Positions 29,426-39,012 of a DNA stretch of 64,000 nt are shown in pieces. Numbering within the stretch: the first letter of the stretch is position 1; each line of letters opens with the position of its first letter. The notes under the pieces were generated by a model that saw only the letters and a list, made by a program, of their open reading frames with translations, did no database searches and had not been told where the DNA came from. Source of the DNA: an uncultured Gemmatimonadaceae bacterium (GTDB lineage: Bacteria; Gemmatimonadota; Gemmatimonadetes; Gemmatimonadales; Gemmatimonadaceae); NCBI GenBank assembly GCA_963740355.1, contig CAVUDW010000003.1, positions 2,336,001-2,400,000 of the forward strand. The letters are read 5' to 3'. Position numbers and translations under genes: made by a program.

Positions 29426-30544
29426 GTGACCACGAATCAGCCCTCGCTGCCGCTCTCAGGCCCGGGTGCGCTGGTCCCCGAGCAGGTGCTCTGCATGACG
29501 ATTGGCAACCGACCGACCCCATCCGCCGCACCGGGTAGCGCCGCGCCGAGGCCGACCCTCGTCCGGCACCACGAATCCGCGCCGATCGGCGACCATGTGG
29601 AGCGCAATCCGGGCACGCCACTCGATCTCGACGTCGTGCGCGCCATTCGCGTCAATCGCAGTGCCGTCGAGCGCCGCGCCGCGACCATTCCGACTCGACG
29701 CACCGTCAAGAAGGAGTGGCAGGCCGCGTGGTTGCTGCGCGCCATCACCTGCATGGATCTCACCACGCTCTCCGGTGACGATACGCCAGGCAATGTGCGC
29801 CGCCTGTGCGCCAAGGCCCGCCATCCGCTGCGCGATGACATCAAGGCGGCGCTTGGCGTCAGTCACCTCCGCGTCACCACCGGTGCCGTGTGTGTGTATC
29901 ACTCGTTGGTGGCGACAGCGGTCGAGGCATTGGCGGGGAGCGGAATTCCCGTTGCAGCGGTGTCGACCGGCTTCCCGGCAGGCTTGAGCCCCATCGAAAC
30001 ACGCCTCGCCGAGATCAAGGCCAGCGTGGCTGCAGGTGCACAGGAAATCGACATCGTCGTCACGCGTGCCCACGTGCTTACTGGCAACTGGCACGCACTG
30101 TATGACGAAGTGAAGCGCTTCCGTGAGGCGTGTGGCGATGCGCACATGAAGACCATTCTCGCCACCGGCGAACTCGCCACCATGACGAATGTCGCGCGCG
30201 CCAGCATGGTCGCCATGCAGGCTGGCAGTGACTTCATCAAGACCAGCACCGGCAAGGAACCCGAGAACGCCACCTTGCCCGTCGGGCTCGTGATGGTGCG
30301 CATGATCCGCGCCTACCGCGAACAGACCGGACACGTCGTCGGCTTCAAGCCCGCCGGCGGCATTCGTGCGGCCAAGGGTGCGCTCGACTGGCTTGCGCTG
30401 ATGAAGGAAGAACTCGGCGATCGCTGGCTGCGCCCCGACCTCTTCCGCTTCGGCGCCAGTGGCCTGCTCACCGATATCGAACGACAGCTCGAGCATTTCG
30501 TCACTGGTCGCTACGCCGCTGCGTATCGCCAGCCGATGCCGTGA
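29426..30544 (+). CDS. deoC: Deoxyribose-phosphate aldolase (start uncertain)
   Basis: DLTTLSGDDT, AVCVY, EIDIV, FIKTSTGK, GFKPAGGI, RFGAS. Confidence 0.92.
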   Translation: MTTNQPSLPLSGPGALVPEQVLCMTIGNRPTPSAAPGSAAPRPTLVRHHESAPIGDHVERNPGTPLDLDVVRAIRVNRSAVERRAATIPTRRTVKKEWQAAWLLRAITCMDLTTLSGDDTPGNVRRLCAKARHPLRDDIKAALGVSHLRVTTGAVCVYHSLVATAVEALAGSGIPVAAVSTGFPAGLSPIETRLAEIKASVAAGAQEIDIVVTRAHVLTGNWHALYDEVKRFREACGDAHMKTILATGELATMTNVARASMVAMQAGSDFIKTSTGKEPENATLPVGLVMVRMIRAYREQTGHVVGFKPAGGIRAAKGALDWLALMKEELGDRWLRPDLFRFGASGLLTDIERQLEHFVTGRYAAAYRQPMP

Positions 30545-30560
30545 CCTTCTGCCAACACAC

Positions 30561-32936
30561 ATGACATCCGTCGCTGACATCTTCGAGACCATGGCCTACG
30601 GCCCCGCCCCAGAAGGCGATGCGCCCGTGCGCGAGTGGATCGAACGTCACCAGCTCGGCACCTTCGGTCATTTCATCGATGGCGCGTTCACGAAGCACGG
30701 CAACACCTTCGCGGTCAACAACCCCGCCACCGGTGGTGTGCTGGCGAAGGTGACGCAGGGCACCGAAGCCGATGTCGATGCCGCAGTGAAGGCTGCACGC
30801 GGAGCGCTTCCCCATTGGCAGGCGCTCGGTGGGCATGGGCGTGCACGACACCTCTACGCCCTCGCACGTGCCGTGCAAAAACATGCGCGACTGCTCGCCG
30901 TGCTGGAAACGATGGACAACGGCAAGCCGATTCGCGAGACGCGTGACCTCGACATCCCGCTCGTCGCCCGGCACTTCTACCATCACGCCGGCTGGGCGCA
31001 GCTGCTCGACACCGAGTTCGCGGGCTACAGTGGCGCCGGCGTCTGCGGGCAGATCATTCCCTGGAATTTTCCGCTGTTGATGCTGGCGTGGAAGGTCGCG
31101 CCTGCGCTGGCGGCTGGCTGCACCGTGGTCCTCAAGCCTGCCGAGTTCACGCCGCTGACCGCACTCTGTTTCGCGGAGATTGCGCGTGATGCCGGATTGC
31201 CCGCTGGTGTGCTGAATGTCGTCACCGGTGATGGCGAGACCGGCAAGGCGCTGGTCGCCCACAAGGACCTCGACAAGCTCGCATTCACCGGATCCACGGA
31301 AGTCGGCAAGATCATCCGTCGCGCCACCGCCGGCAGTGGCGTGAAGCTCTCGCTCGAACTGGGCGGCAAGAGTCCCTTCATCGTCTTCGATGACGCCGAT
31401 CTCGATAGCGTCGTCGAAGGTGTCGTGGACGCGATCTGGTTCAACCAGGGCCAGGTCTGCTGTGCCGGCTCGCGCCTGTTGGTGCAGGAGGGCGTTGCGT
31501 CGCAGCTGGAAGAGAAGATCCGCGCGCGCATGGAAACCCTGCGCATCGGGTCGCCCCTCGACAAGTCGATCGACATGGGTGCGATCGTCGATCCGATCCA
31601 GCTCGAACGCATCCGCACTCTGGTCGATGCAGGTGTCGCAGAAGGGTCGCAGATGTGGCAGCCGTCGTGGGCCGTGCCGACCACGGGGTGCTTCTACCCG
31701 CCAACGTTGTTCACAGGCGTGTCACCCGCCGCCAGCATCGTGCAGGAAGAGATCTTCGGTCCAGTGCTGGTGTCGATGACGTTCCGCACACCGTCAGAGG
31801 CCGTCGAGCTGGCGAACAACACGCCCTACGGCCTGGCCAGCAGCATCTGGACCGAGAACATCAATCTCGCGCTCGACATCGCGCCGAAGATCAAGTCGGG
31901 CATCGTCTGGGTGAACTCCACCAATCTCTTCGACGCCGCGGCTGGTTTCGGTGGCTACAAGGAGAGTGGCTTCGGTCGCGAGGGCGGCCGCGAGGGGATG
32001 TACGAGTACCTGTCACCGACCTGGAAGAAGAACGCCGCCACCATCACCGAGCCGGCGCCGTTCGCTCCTGCGGCAGCCGCCGGCAATACCTTCGACCTGC
32101 CGGACATCGATCGCACGCCGAAATTTTTCATCGGTGGCAAGCAGGCGCGCCCGGACGGTGGCTACACGATCGCCGTGCGCGGCCCGAATGGGCACACCGT
32201 CGGTGAAGTGGGCGACGGCAACCGCAAGGATCTCCGGAATGCCGTCAGCGCCGCACTGGCCGCCAAGGGGTGGGCCCGAGCGTCAGGACACAATCGTGCG
32301 CAGATCCTCTACTATCTGGCGGAGAATCTCTCTGCCCGAAGTGCGGAGTTCGCCCGTCGCATCGATGGCATGATCGGCAGTGGCGGTGCCCTCGAAGTCG
32401 ACCGCTCGATCGCACGCCTCTTCACCTACGCCGCCTGGGCGGACAAGTACGATGGAGCCGTGCATAGCGTGCCGATGCGCGGCGTGACCCTGGCCATGAA
32501 CGAACCGATCGGCTGCATGGGACTCGTCTGCCCCGCTGAGCACCCGCTGCTCGGATTCGTCAGCCTCGTGGCACCTGCCATCGCGATGGGCAACACGACA
32601 GTCGTCGTGCCCAGCGAGCTCTCTCCGCTGGCCGCCACCGACTTCTATCAGGTGCTGGAGACGTCGGATGTCCCTGCCGGCGTCGTCAACATCATCACGG
32701 GATCACGCACCGCCCTCGCCAAGACACTCGCCGAACACGACGAAGTCGATGGGCTCTGGTACTTCGGCCCGCGCGAAGGTGCGACCGCCGTCGAGCGCTA
32801 CTCGGCCGACAACATGAAGCGGACCTGGACCGAGTGGACGCGTCGGGACTGGACCACCACGGCCGAAGGCGAAGGGCGCGACTTCCTGCGCCACGCGACG
32901 CAGATCAAGAACATCTGGATCCCGTACGGCGAGTAG
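30561..32936 (+). CDS. Aldehyde dehydrogenase with extra C-terminal ALDH-like domain (ALDH16-like)
   Basis: PWNFP, FTGSTEVG, LELGGK, NQGQVCCAG, EEIFGPV, plus a second partial ALDH domain. Confidence 0.9.
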   Translation: MTSVADIFETMAYGPAPEGDAPVREWIERHQLGTFGHFIDGAFTKHGNTFAVNNPATGGVLAKVTQGTEADVDAAVKAARGALPHWQALGGHGRARHLYALARAVQKHARLLAVLETMDNGKPIRETRDLDIPLVARHFYHHAGWAQLLDTEFAGYSGAGVCGQIIPWNFPLLMLAWKVAPALAAGCTVVLKPAEFTPLTALCFAEIARDAGLPAGVLNVVTGDGETGKALVAHKDLDKLAFTGSTEVGKIIRRATAGSGVKLSLELGGKSPFIVFDDADLDSVVEGVVDAIWFNQGQVCCAGSRLLVQEGVASQLEEKIRARMETLRIGSPLDKSIDMGAIVDPIQLERIRTLVDAGVAEGSQMWQPSWAVPTTGCFYPPTLFTGVSPAASIVQEEIFGPVLVSMTFRTPSEAVELANNTPYGLASSIWTENINLALDIAPKIKSGIVWVNSTNLFDAAAGFGGYKESGFGREGGREGMYEYLSPTWKKNAATITEPAPFAPAAAAGNTFDLPDIDRTPKFFIGGKQARPDGGYTIAVRGPNGHTVGEVGDGNRKDLRNAVSAALAAKGWARASGHNRAQILYYLAENLSARSAEFARRIDGMIGSGGALEVDRSIARLFTYAAWADKYDGAVHSVPMRGVTLAMNEPIGCMGLVCPAEHPLLGFVSLVAPAIAMGNTTVVVPSELSPLAATDFYQVLETSDVPAGVVNIITGSRTALAKTLAEHDEVDGLWYFGPREGATAVERYSADNMKRTWTEWTRRDWTTTAEGEGRDFLRHATQIKNIWIPYGE

Positions 32937-32975
32937 CCCCGGCGAATCTGATCACGGCACTGACACCAGAAAATG

Positions 32976-33011
32976 ACGACGCCCGCGATCTGTGCAGATC
33001 GCGGGCGTCGT
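32976..33011. terminator. Hairpin between convergent genes (probable bidirectional terminator)
   Basis: ACGACGCCCGCGATCTG-tg-CAGATCGCGGGCGTCGT perfect 17-bp inverted repeat. Confidence 0.7.
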
Positions 33012-33021
33012 GCTTCGGCAC

Positions 33022-33618
33022 TCAGGCCAACGGTGCCAACCCGCTTTCCACGCGACGGCGTTCCGCGACTTCAACGTGATGCTGGTTGTGGAGCAGCGTG
33101 AAAAGCATCATCTCGCGTACAGTCAGCTTGCCGAGCAGCGGATGTGGCAAGCGGTGGGTATCGAGCTGCGATTCGGTCCACTTCTCCATCGCCTGCGTCA
33201 GCCCACGCAGGGTCTCCGAGTGCGCATCCATGATCGCATCGCGACGCGCGGTGTCCCCGTTCGAACGCTCTGGTGACGGCGCGTAGCGGCCGGCGGTCCC
33301 ACCCGCCGCCAGGGCCTGCGCATACATCGACTCGATCTGCTCGTACGACCGCGAGGGCTCCTCGGCACTGCCGAACATCACCCGCAGCGCCAAACGCGGT
33401 ACACGCAGCACGGGCAGCAACGGCGTCATGGAGCGCGTCAGGTGGCGCACATGCTCTGCCGGAGACCAGTGGCTGCCGATCGGTGCGAAGAACTCTCTGG
33501 TGCTGACGCGTGACCAGTAGTCGACTGCCGACTCATGCGCCGACTCCAGTGCCTCGATGATCTCGCGACGATTCGTCAGCGCGCTGTGCACGCTCGGGGC
33601 ATTCAATACGGTGCTCAT
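33022..33618 (-). CDS. DinB/YfiT-like protein
   Basis: WSPAEHVRHL, HPLLGKLTVREM..F...H..HH. Confidence 0.85.
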   Translation of the reverse strand: MSTVLNAPSVHSALTNRREIIEALESAHESAVDYWSRVSTREFFAPIGSHWSPAEHVRHLTRSMTPLLPVLRVPRLALRVMFGSAEEPSRSYEQIESMYAQALAAGGTAGRYAPSPERSNGDTARRDAIMDAHSETLRGLTQAMEKWTESQLDTHRLPHPLLGKLTVREMMLFTLLHNQHHVEVAERRRVESGLAPLA

Positions 33619-33824
33619 GACCATCCGGGGGTGACGCGACAATCGCGGACTGCACGGGAAAGGTAGCCCCGAAGTGGCTCCCGCACGTCAGCGTTCCGCC
33701 GACATCTCGTGATCGCACTGACCGCCGCACGCGTTTGCGGTGACCGTCGGACCGACGAGATTGCTGCCGTTGGAAGCCCCGTGATTTCTCTCAGACCACC
33801 GCCTGTTTTCCGCAGCCCGCTTCC

Positions 33825-34772
33825 GTGTCCGACTCACCAGCCATCGAGCGTTTCCGCGCCTTCCGCAAATCGCTCGGCAGGACACCGCGCCTTCATAAAG
33901 CCATCATCAGCGCACGAGGCCTACAGTTTGCGGTCTTTTCGACTGAAGATCCGCAAATTGGTACGCTGCCGCTGATCTGCGTCAATGGCGGGCTGATTTT
34001 CGACCACAAGCTCCTCTGGCCGGCACTCTCGCCCCTCGCACGCCAACGGCAACTCATCTTCTATGACCAGCGCGGTCGAGGGGCGACGTCCATCCCGCCT
34101 GCCGCCCGGACGTCACGCGTCGAATTCGACGCCGGTGATCTGGCCGCACTTCCGGACGCGATCGGCGTCAGCCGCTACCACCTGCTGGGCCATTCCTGGG
34201 GCGGCGGTATTTCGATGTTGTCGACGCGGTATAAAAGCGCGGGCGTCGCATCGCTCACCCTCATCAACCCCGTCGGCCTGACGTCCAGCTGGCTGCCCGA
34301 GCTCACACCGACCGCCATCACGCGCCTGTCCGGCAACGCGCTCACTCGCCTGATCGCCGCCGACTCGGCAATCCAGCCGGGCATGCCGACTGCCGACGAC
34401 CCTGATGCGCTCAGCGAGTACGCCGCCGCGATCTATCCCGCCTGGTTCCACGAGCCGGACCTCGCCACGCTCCTCGCCCCACCTCGATCCAGCAGCGTCG
34501 CCGGCGCCGCCGTCTCGGCTCGACTCCGGAGGGAAGGCTACGACTGGCGAGATCTCGTCGGCCCCATCCCCATGCCCACGCTGCTGATTCACGGCCAGTC
34601 GGACCTGCTCCCCATCGCCCTCGCGCGCAGCACCACCGCCGCCCTTGGGGCCCTCGCTACCCTCCTCCCGGTTCCAGACGCGGGACACAATCCGTTCTGG
34701 GAACAGCCTTCGATCGTCTTCCCCGCAATCGAAGGGTTCCTCGCGGCTTCCGACCGCTCGACGCAGGCCTGA
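33825..34772 (+). CDS. Alpha/beta hydrolase (proline iminopeptidase-like)
   Basis: YDQRGRG, GHSWGG, G..D, AGHNPFWEQP. Confidence 0.88.
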   Translation: MSDSPAIERFRAFRKSLGRTPRLHKAIISARGLQFAVFSTEDPQIGTLPLICVNGGLIFDHKLLWPALSPLARQRQLIFYDQRGRGATSIPPAARTSRVEFDAGDLAALPDAIGVSRYHLLGHSWGGGISMLSTRYKSAGVASLTLINPVGLTSSWLPELTPTAITRLSGNALTRLIAADSAIQPGMPTADDPDALSEYAAAIYPAWFHEPDLATLLAPPRSSSVAGAAVSARLRREGYDWRDLVGPIPMPTLLIHGQSDLLPIALARSTTAALGALATLLPVPDAGHNPFWEQPSIVFPAIEGFLAASDRSTQA

Positions 34773-34800
34773 TCCGCACCGCTTCCGCCCTGACACACTG

Positions 34801-35649
34801 ATGCGCCCACCCTCGCTGCCACGCATCCTCGGGCTGGTCCTCGCCGGCCTCGCCGCGCTGGTCCTGCTCGAGACGGCCAGCGTCCGACGCCACGGCTACG
34901 ACCTCGCCGGCAGCCGCGCCGGCGCCGACAGCGTGCAGCAAAGCGCCGACGCCGCCCCCGCACTGGCCAGCGCTGCACGCACCGCCGCGCGCCTCAACAC
35001 CGAGGCCAGCGACTCGATCCGTCGCGCCGACGCGCGCGCGTTGATCGCATCGCGCAGCACGGGCACCTTCGTCCCCGACATCCTCCTGCTCTCCGACAGC
35101 ACGCTGCAACGCTGGCCGGATCGCCGCGCCACACCACTGCGCGTCTATATCAGTGAAGACGGCCCGAATGCCTCCGGCCACGTACGCGATGACTACCTGC
35201 AGGCCGTCCGCGAAGCGTTCACCATCTGGGAAGGCGTCGAGCTCCCGCTCCGCTTCGCCTTCGTGACCGATTCGGCGCTGGCCGACATCACCGTCTCATG
35301 GGTCACCGACTTCCGCGGCGATCCCGTGCTCGGACGCACCAAGGTGGTGCGCGACAGCCGGTATTGGATCATCCGCTCGGATGTGCAGTTGGCCACCATG
35401 CGGCGCGACGCTGCCGGACCACTGGAGCCCACTGTCGTGCGCGCACTCGCCATTCACGAGATCGGACATGGCATCGGCCTCGATCATGCGCGAGATACCA
35501 CGGTGATCATGGCGCCGAAAATTCGCGCCCGCGCCATCACCCTCGCCGACAAGGCCACTGCGCAGCTGCTCTACAGCGTCCCGCCTGGATCAGTCGTGAC
35601 GCAGAAGCGTGCGTCGCGGCCGCTGCCTCCGGCCATGCCGTCGCCGTGA
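34801..35649 (+). CDS. Matrixin (M10-like) zinc metalloprotease, membrane-anchored
   Basis: HEIGHGIGLDH plus Met-turn (IMAP); N-terminal TM segment. Confidence 0.85.
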   Translation: MRPPSLPRILGLVLAGLAALVLLETASVRRHGYDLAGSRAGADSVQQSADAAPALASAARTAARLNTEASDSIRRADARALIASRSTGTFVPDILLLSDSTLQRWPDRRATPLRVYISEDGPNASGHVRDDYLQAVREAFTIWEGVELPLRFAFVTDSALADITVSWVTDFRGDPVLGRTKVVRDSRYWIIRSDVQLATMRRDAAGPLEPTVVRALAIHEIGHGIGLDHARDTTVIMAPKIRARAITLADKATAQLLYSVPPGSVVTQKRASRPLPPAMPSP

Positions 35650-35723
35650 GCTGACGGCGCCTCGCACCTGTCACCGACCGCGAGCGTCCCCATTGCGCAG
35701 CGTTGCAACAGCGCGCGGTCACG

Positions 35724-36929
35724 CTACCACTGCAGCGTGATCGCGCGCTCCTTCTTCTGGCGGTTCACCACCAGCGCCACACGCTTCATCCCGCGCGACA
35801 TCGCCTGCTGCACTGCGCGCTGCAGGTCACGCACCCCTTCGCAGTCTTCGTCGTTGACGCGGGTGATCACATCACCACCGCGTAGCCCTGAGGTTGCCGC
35901 CGGAGTTCCGGGTGCCACGCGCAACACCAGGATCCCTTCATCCACACCGGTCAGGTCTTCCAGGTCATCGGTGATCGTCGTCATCACGGCGCCAGCGATC
36001 GAGTAGTCAGTCGATGACCAGGACGACGTGCGACCGAAGACACCAGCCGGCGGTGTGATTGCGGCCGGTGCCGGCGGCATCGAAGCCTGGCCCGGTACGG
36101 CTGGTTGTGCGACTGGTGCACGCGCGCCGCGCGGCAGGGTGATGGCGAGGGTGCACTCCTCGCCCGGGCAGGCGAGTTTGCCCGACATCCCTTCCACATC
36201 GAAGCTGCGCACCTCGAACTGCCGCTCACCAACCACCACCGTCTGCGTGCGCTCGCGACCGTCGCGGCGGATGCGCATCGCGAGGCGTTCACCGGGCGTC
36301 ATGATCTCGCCCAGTGGCACTGCGCCTGGCAGCGACACCTTCCCGAACGCGAGGATCGTGTCGCCGGCCTGCAGCCCGCCCTGCGCGGCGGGACTTCCTG
36401 CCTCCACCGAGGCGATCACCGCCGGCGATGTGAACAGCGTGAACACCTTGCCGTCGCGCAGTTCTGTATTCTGCTCCCCCGACAGCGAGACACCGAGATA
36501 GCCGCGCGGAAACGAGCGGGTGCTGAACGTCAGGCGACGCTGCTGATCCGCCAACGCCCGCGCCACGTCGGCCATCGCCCGGGCGCTCGCGATCTGCACG
36601 CGAAGCTGCGCGCGCGAGGCTTCCGCCACGTTGCGCGCCTGCGCGCGGTCGGCCTCCGCCTGCACCCGCGCAATCTCGCGTGCCAGCTCGGCAATCTCCC
36701 GCGACGTCACCCGCACGATCGAGTCACGCACCTTCGAGTCCGATCGCGACGCGCGCTCCAGGTCTCGCTGCATCCGCGACAACGCGCGCGACTGCTGCTC
36801 GAGCGACTGCCGCATCCGTTCCGCCAGTTCGCGCGAACGTGCCTCGACATCGGTGCCCTCCTGGGCCCGCACCGCCCCAGCACTCACCAGCACAGCCATC
36901 GCCAGTGTGACAACACGTCCCATTCGCAT
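35724..36929 (-). CDS. Exported coiled-coil protein with two PDZ domains
   Basis: Signal peptide; GYLGV..V.AGSPAA.GGLQAGD.I and V.PGTPAA.SGLRGGDVI. Confidence 0.85.
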   Translation of the reverse strand: MRMGRVVTLAMAVLVSAGAVRAQEGTDVEARSRELAERMRQSLEQQSRALSRMQRDLERASRSDSKVRDSIVRVTSREIAELAREIARVQAEADRAQARNVAEASRAQLRVQIASARAMADVARALADQQRRLTFSTRSFPRGYLGVSLSGEQNTELRDGKVFTLFTSPAVIASVEAGSPAAQGGLQAGDTILAFGKVSLPGAVPLGEIMTPGERLAMRIRRDGRERTQTVVVGERQFEVRSFDVEGMSGKLACPGEECTLAITLPRGARAPVAQPAVPGQASMPPAPAAITPPAGVFGRTSSWSSTDYSIAGAVMTTITDDLEDLTGVDEGILVLRVAPGTPAATSGLRGGDVITRVNDEDCEGVRDLQRAVQQAMSRGMKRVALVVNRQKKERAITLQW

Positions 36930-37771
36930 CAATACTCCAGCACCTGTTGCGACGCCGGCAGCACCGTGGTCAAGCGACGCAACGTCACTTCACGGGCGCC
37001 CAGCGTGGCGAGATAGTAGCGATTCATGACCGGATCATTCGGCGCTTCATACAGCGCGCGACGCGCCGTGGCCATGGCGGCGTCCAGCACTTCCAGCCGC
37101 TGCCGGTAATTCGTGGCCGCCGCCGCCGAGCCGCGGCCGAGTGGTGGGGCCAGGGCGCTGTCGTGCGCCGCAAGCCAGAGCAGCGCACCGCTGTACACCT
37201 CTTCGGCGGAATGCAGCGTCGCTCGCGCATCGTCCGGCGTGCGGAACTGCACCACCGGAATCATCTGCGCGTTCGGGGCCGCTGACTGCACCGCAGCCAC
37301 CGAGGGCGTCGGCTCCGGCAACAGCGCCGGGCCACGCGCCGTCATGCGCCCCCCCGCGACACCAACCGTCACCAGCACGGCGGCCGCCGCAGCCATGCCA
37401 GCCACCCGCTGCCAACCGCCGCGCCGGGCGCGGATATCCGTCACATCGCGCACGTCCACGTCACGCTGGTCACGCATCGTCGCGGCGACGCTGGGCGCAG
37501 ACTGAATCGGGCGAATCTCCGTCGGCGTCGCGACCATCGCACGCGGCGCATCCCTCAGCACCCCTTCCGCGCGCAGCGCGGCGGAGAGCTGCTGCCACGG
37601 CACCAGGGGCGTGATCGGCCGATCGCGTTCCGACGCTGCAGCGGCCACGATTCGGCGGACGGCGATGAAGTCTGCGCGGCAGCGCTGGCACCGTTCGAGG
37701 TGCTCACGCTCATCCTGCGTCGCTGGTTCATCGACCAGCGCGGCAATCCGTTCAGGCGACAGGTGCTGCAT
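36929..37771 (-). CDS. Zinc-finger (ZAS) anti-sigma factor
   Basis: H...EHLERCQRC motif, central TM segment; follows the ECF sigma gene. Confidence 0.75.
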   Translation of the reverse strand: MQHLSPERIAALVDEPATQDEREHLERCQRCRADFIAVRRIVAAAASERDRPITPLVPWQQLSAALRAEGVLRDAPRAMVATPTEIRPIQSAPSVAATMRDQRDVDVRDVTDIRARRGGWQRVAGMAAAAAVLVTVGVAGGRMTARGPALLPEPTPSVAAVQSAAPNAQMIPVVQFRTPDDARATLHSAEEVYSGALLWLAAHDSALAPPLGRGSAAAATNYRQRLEVLDAAMATARRALYEAPNDPVMNRYYLATLGAREVTLRRLTTVLPASQQVLEY

Positions 37772-38330
37772 AGCCAGCTTCCATGGTCGGTGTAGACAGA
37801 TGATCCATCAACGGCGCCAGCAGGCGGCGCAATCGTGCGCGCGCCTTGAACAGCTGTGATTTCGAACCGCCGGTGGTGATGCCCAGCTGTTCCGCGATCT
37901 CCTCGTGCGTGAAACCTTCCACATCGTGAAGCACGAAGACCGTCCGAGCTCCGCGCGGCAACTTCTCCACCGCCTGCGTGATCGACTCGCGTACGAACGG
38001 TTGCTCCACATCGTCCTCCACCATCGCCGTCTCCTCCGTCAGTTCCTCGTGCACACCCATCAGTCGTCGCGCCCGGCGCAATGCATTCAGCGTCCGGTTG
38101 ACCGCGATGCGATGCGCCCAGGTCGAGAACTGCGCGTCGCCCCGGAACGTCGGCAAGGCCCGGAAGATCTGGATCCAGACTTCCTGTGCGATGTCCGCCG
38201 CCTCATCCAGGTCGTGCACCAGTCTCCGCACCACGGCATCGACCCGTGGCGCGTGCTCGGCCCAGAGCGCTCGCATCGCCAGTTCGTCCCCGGCGACTGC
38301 TCGCGCGATCAACTCCTCATCGGTAGTCAA
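37752..38330 (-). CDS. ECF RNA polymerase sigma factor
   Basis: ADIAQEVW, FSTWAHRIAVN, EGFTHEEIAE.LGI..GGSKSQLFKAR. Confidence 0.93.
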   Translation of the reverse strand: MTTDEELIARAVAGDELAMRALWAEHAPRVDAVVRRLVHDLDEAADIAQEVWIQIFRALPTFRGDAQFSTWAHRIAVNRTLNALRRARRLMGVHEELTEETAMVEDDVEQPFVRESITQAVEKLPRGARTVFVLHDVEGFTHEEIAEQLGITTGGSKSQLFKARARLRRLLAPLMDHLSTPTMEAGYAAPVA

Positions 38331-38607
38331 CGGCGTAGTACGGACGAACGGTGGGGCGGGCGACCGGCGCCGAGACGGGCGCGATGCTGTATTCGGTCAT
38401 GCGACACGGGGGTGGCGGTAATGGTTTACCGGCGGGGGCAGTCCGGCCGCCCCCGCATCCATGCGCCACACAACGGGGCCGGTCGCGCGCAGGATTCGGT
38501 GGCCTGGCGCTCGGAGCGCCGTTCGGCCGAATTGCGTGTACAGGGGTGCTGCCCCGTGTACGCGAAATTCATGGCGTTAAACCGTTGCCACATCTGGAGT
38601 TCGCCCC

Positions 38608-38719
38608 CGATCAAGGGGTCAGAGATCTTGATCGGCCATTTCGAGGCCTAACTCGTTGTCCAAAATACGTTTGGCGAAGATCAAGATCTCCGACCCCTTG
38701 ATCGTGACCCCCTTGATCG
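38608..38719. repeat. 26-bp inverted repeat element plus partial third copy
   Basis: cgatcaaggggtcagagatcttgatc (38608-38633) / gatcaagatctccgaccccttgatcg (38679-38704) with one mismatch; extra gacccccttgatcg at 38706-38719. Confidence 0.8.
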
Positions 38720-39012
38720 TTCGCCGAGCAAGTTCTCTGCCCCTCGCTGTCCCCATTGAGCTGGCATCCTACCTCACGTGAGAGCACACAAACCTTTATG
38801 CTGGTTACACTTGGCCCTCACTTGACTCAGCTATTGGCCCGTCGTACCATGCGTTCACGGATCGCGGCGGAACGTTCCGCCCCCTGCGTCGTCTCATAAG
38901 TGACTGACAGGTCGAACGGTCAGGCTCGTGCTTGAACGTGTCGATGCTCTTTGCTTGAAGCCCTTCGCTTGAAGCCCTCGCAAGTCCTGCCGCAGCGCAT
39001 TCCGGAGTCGCC

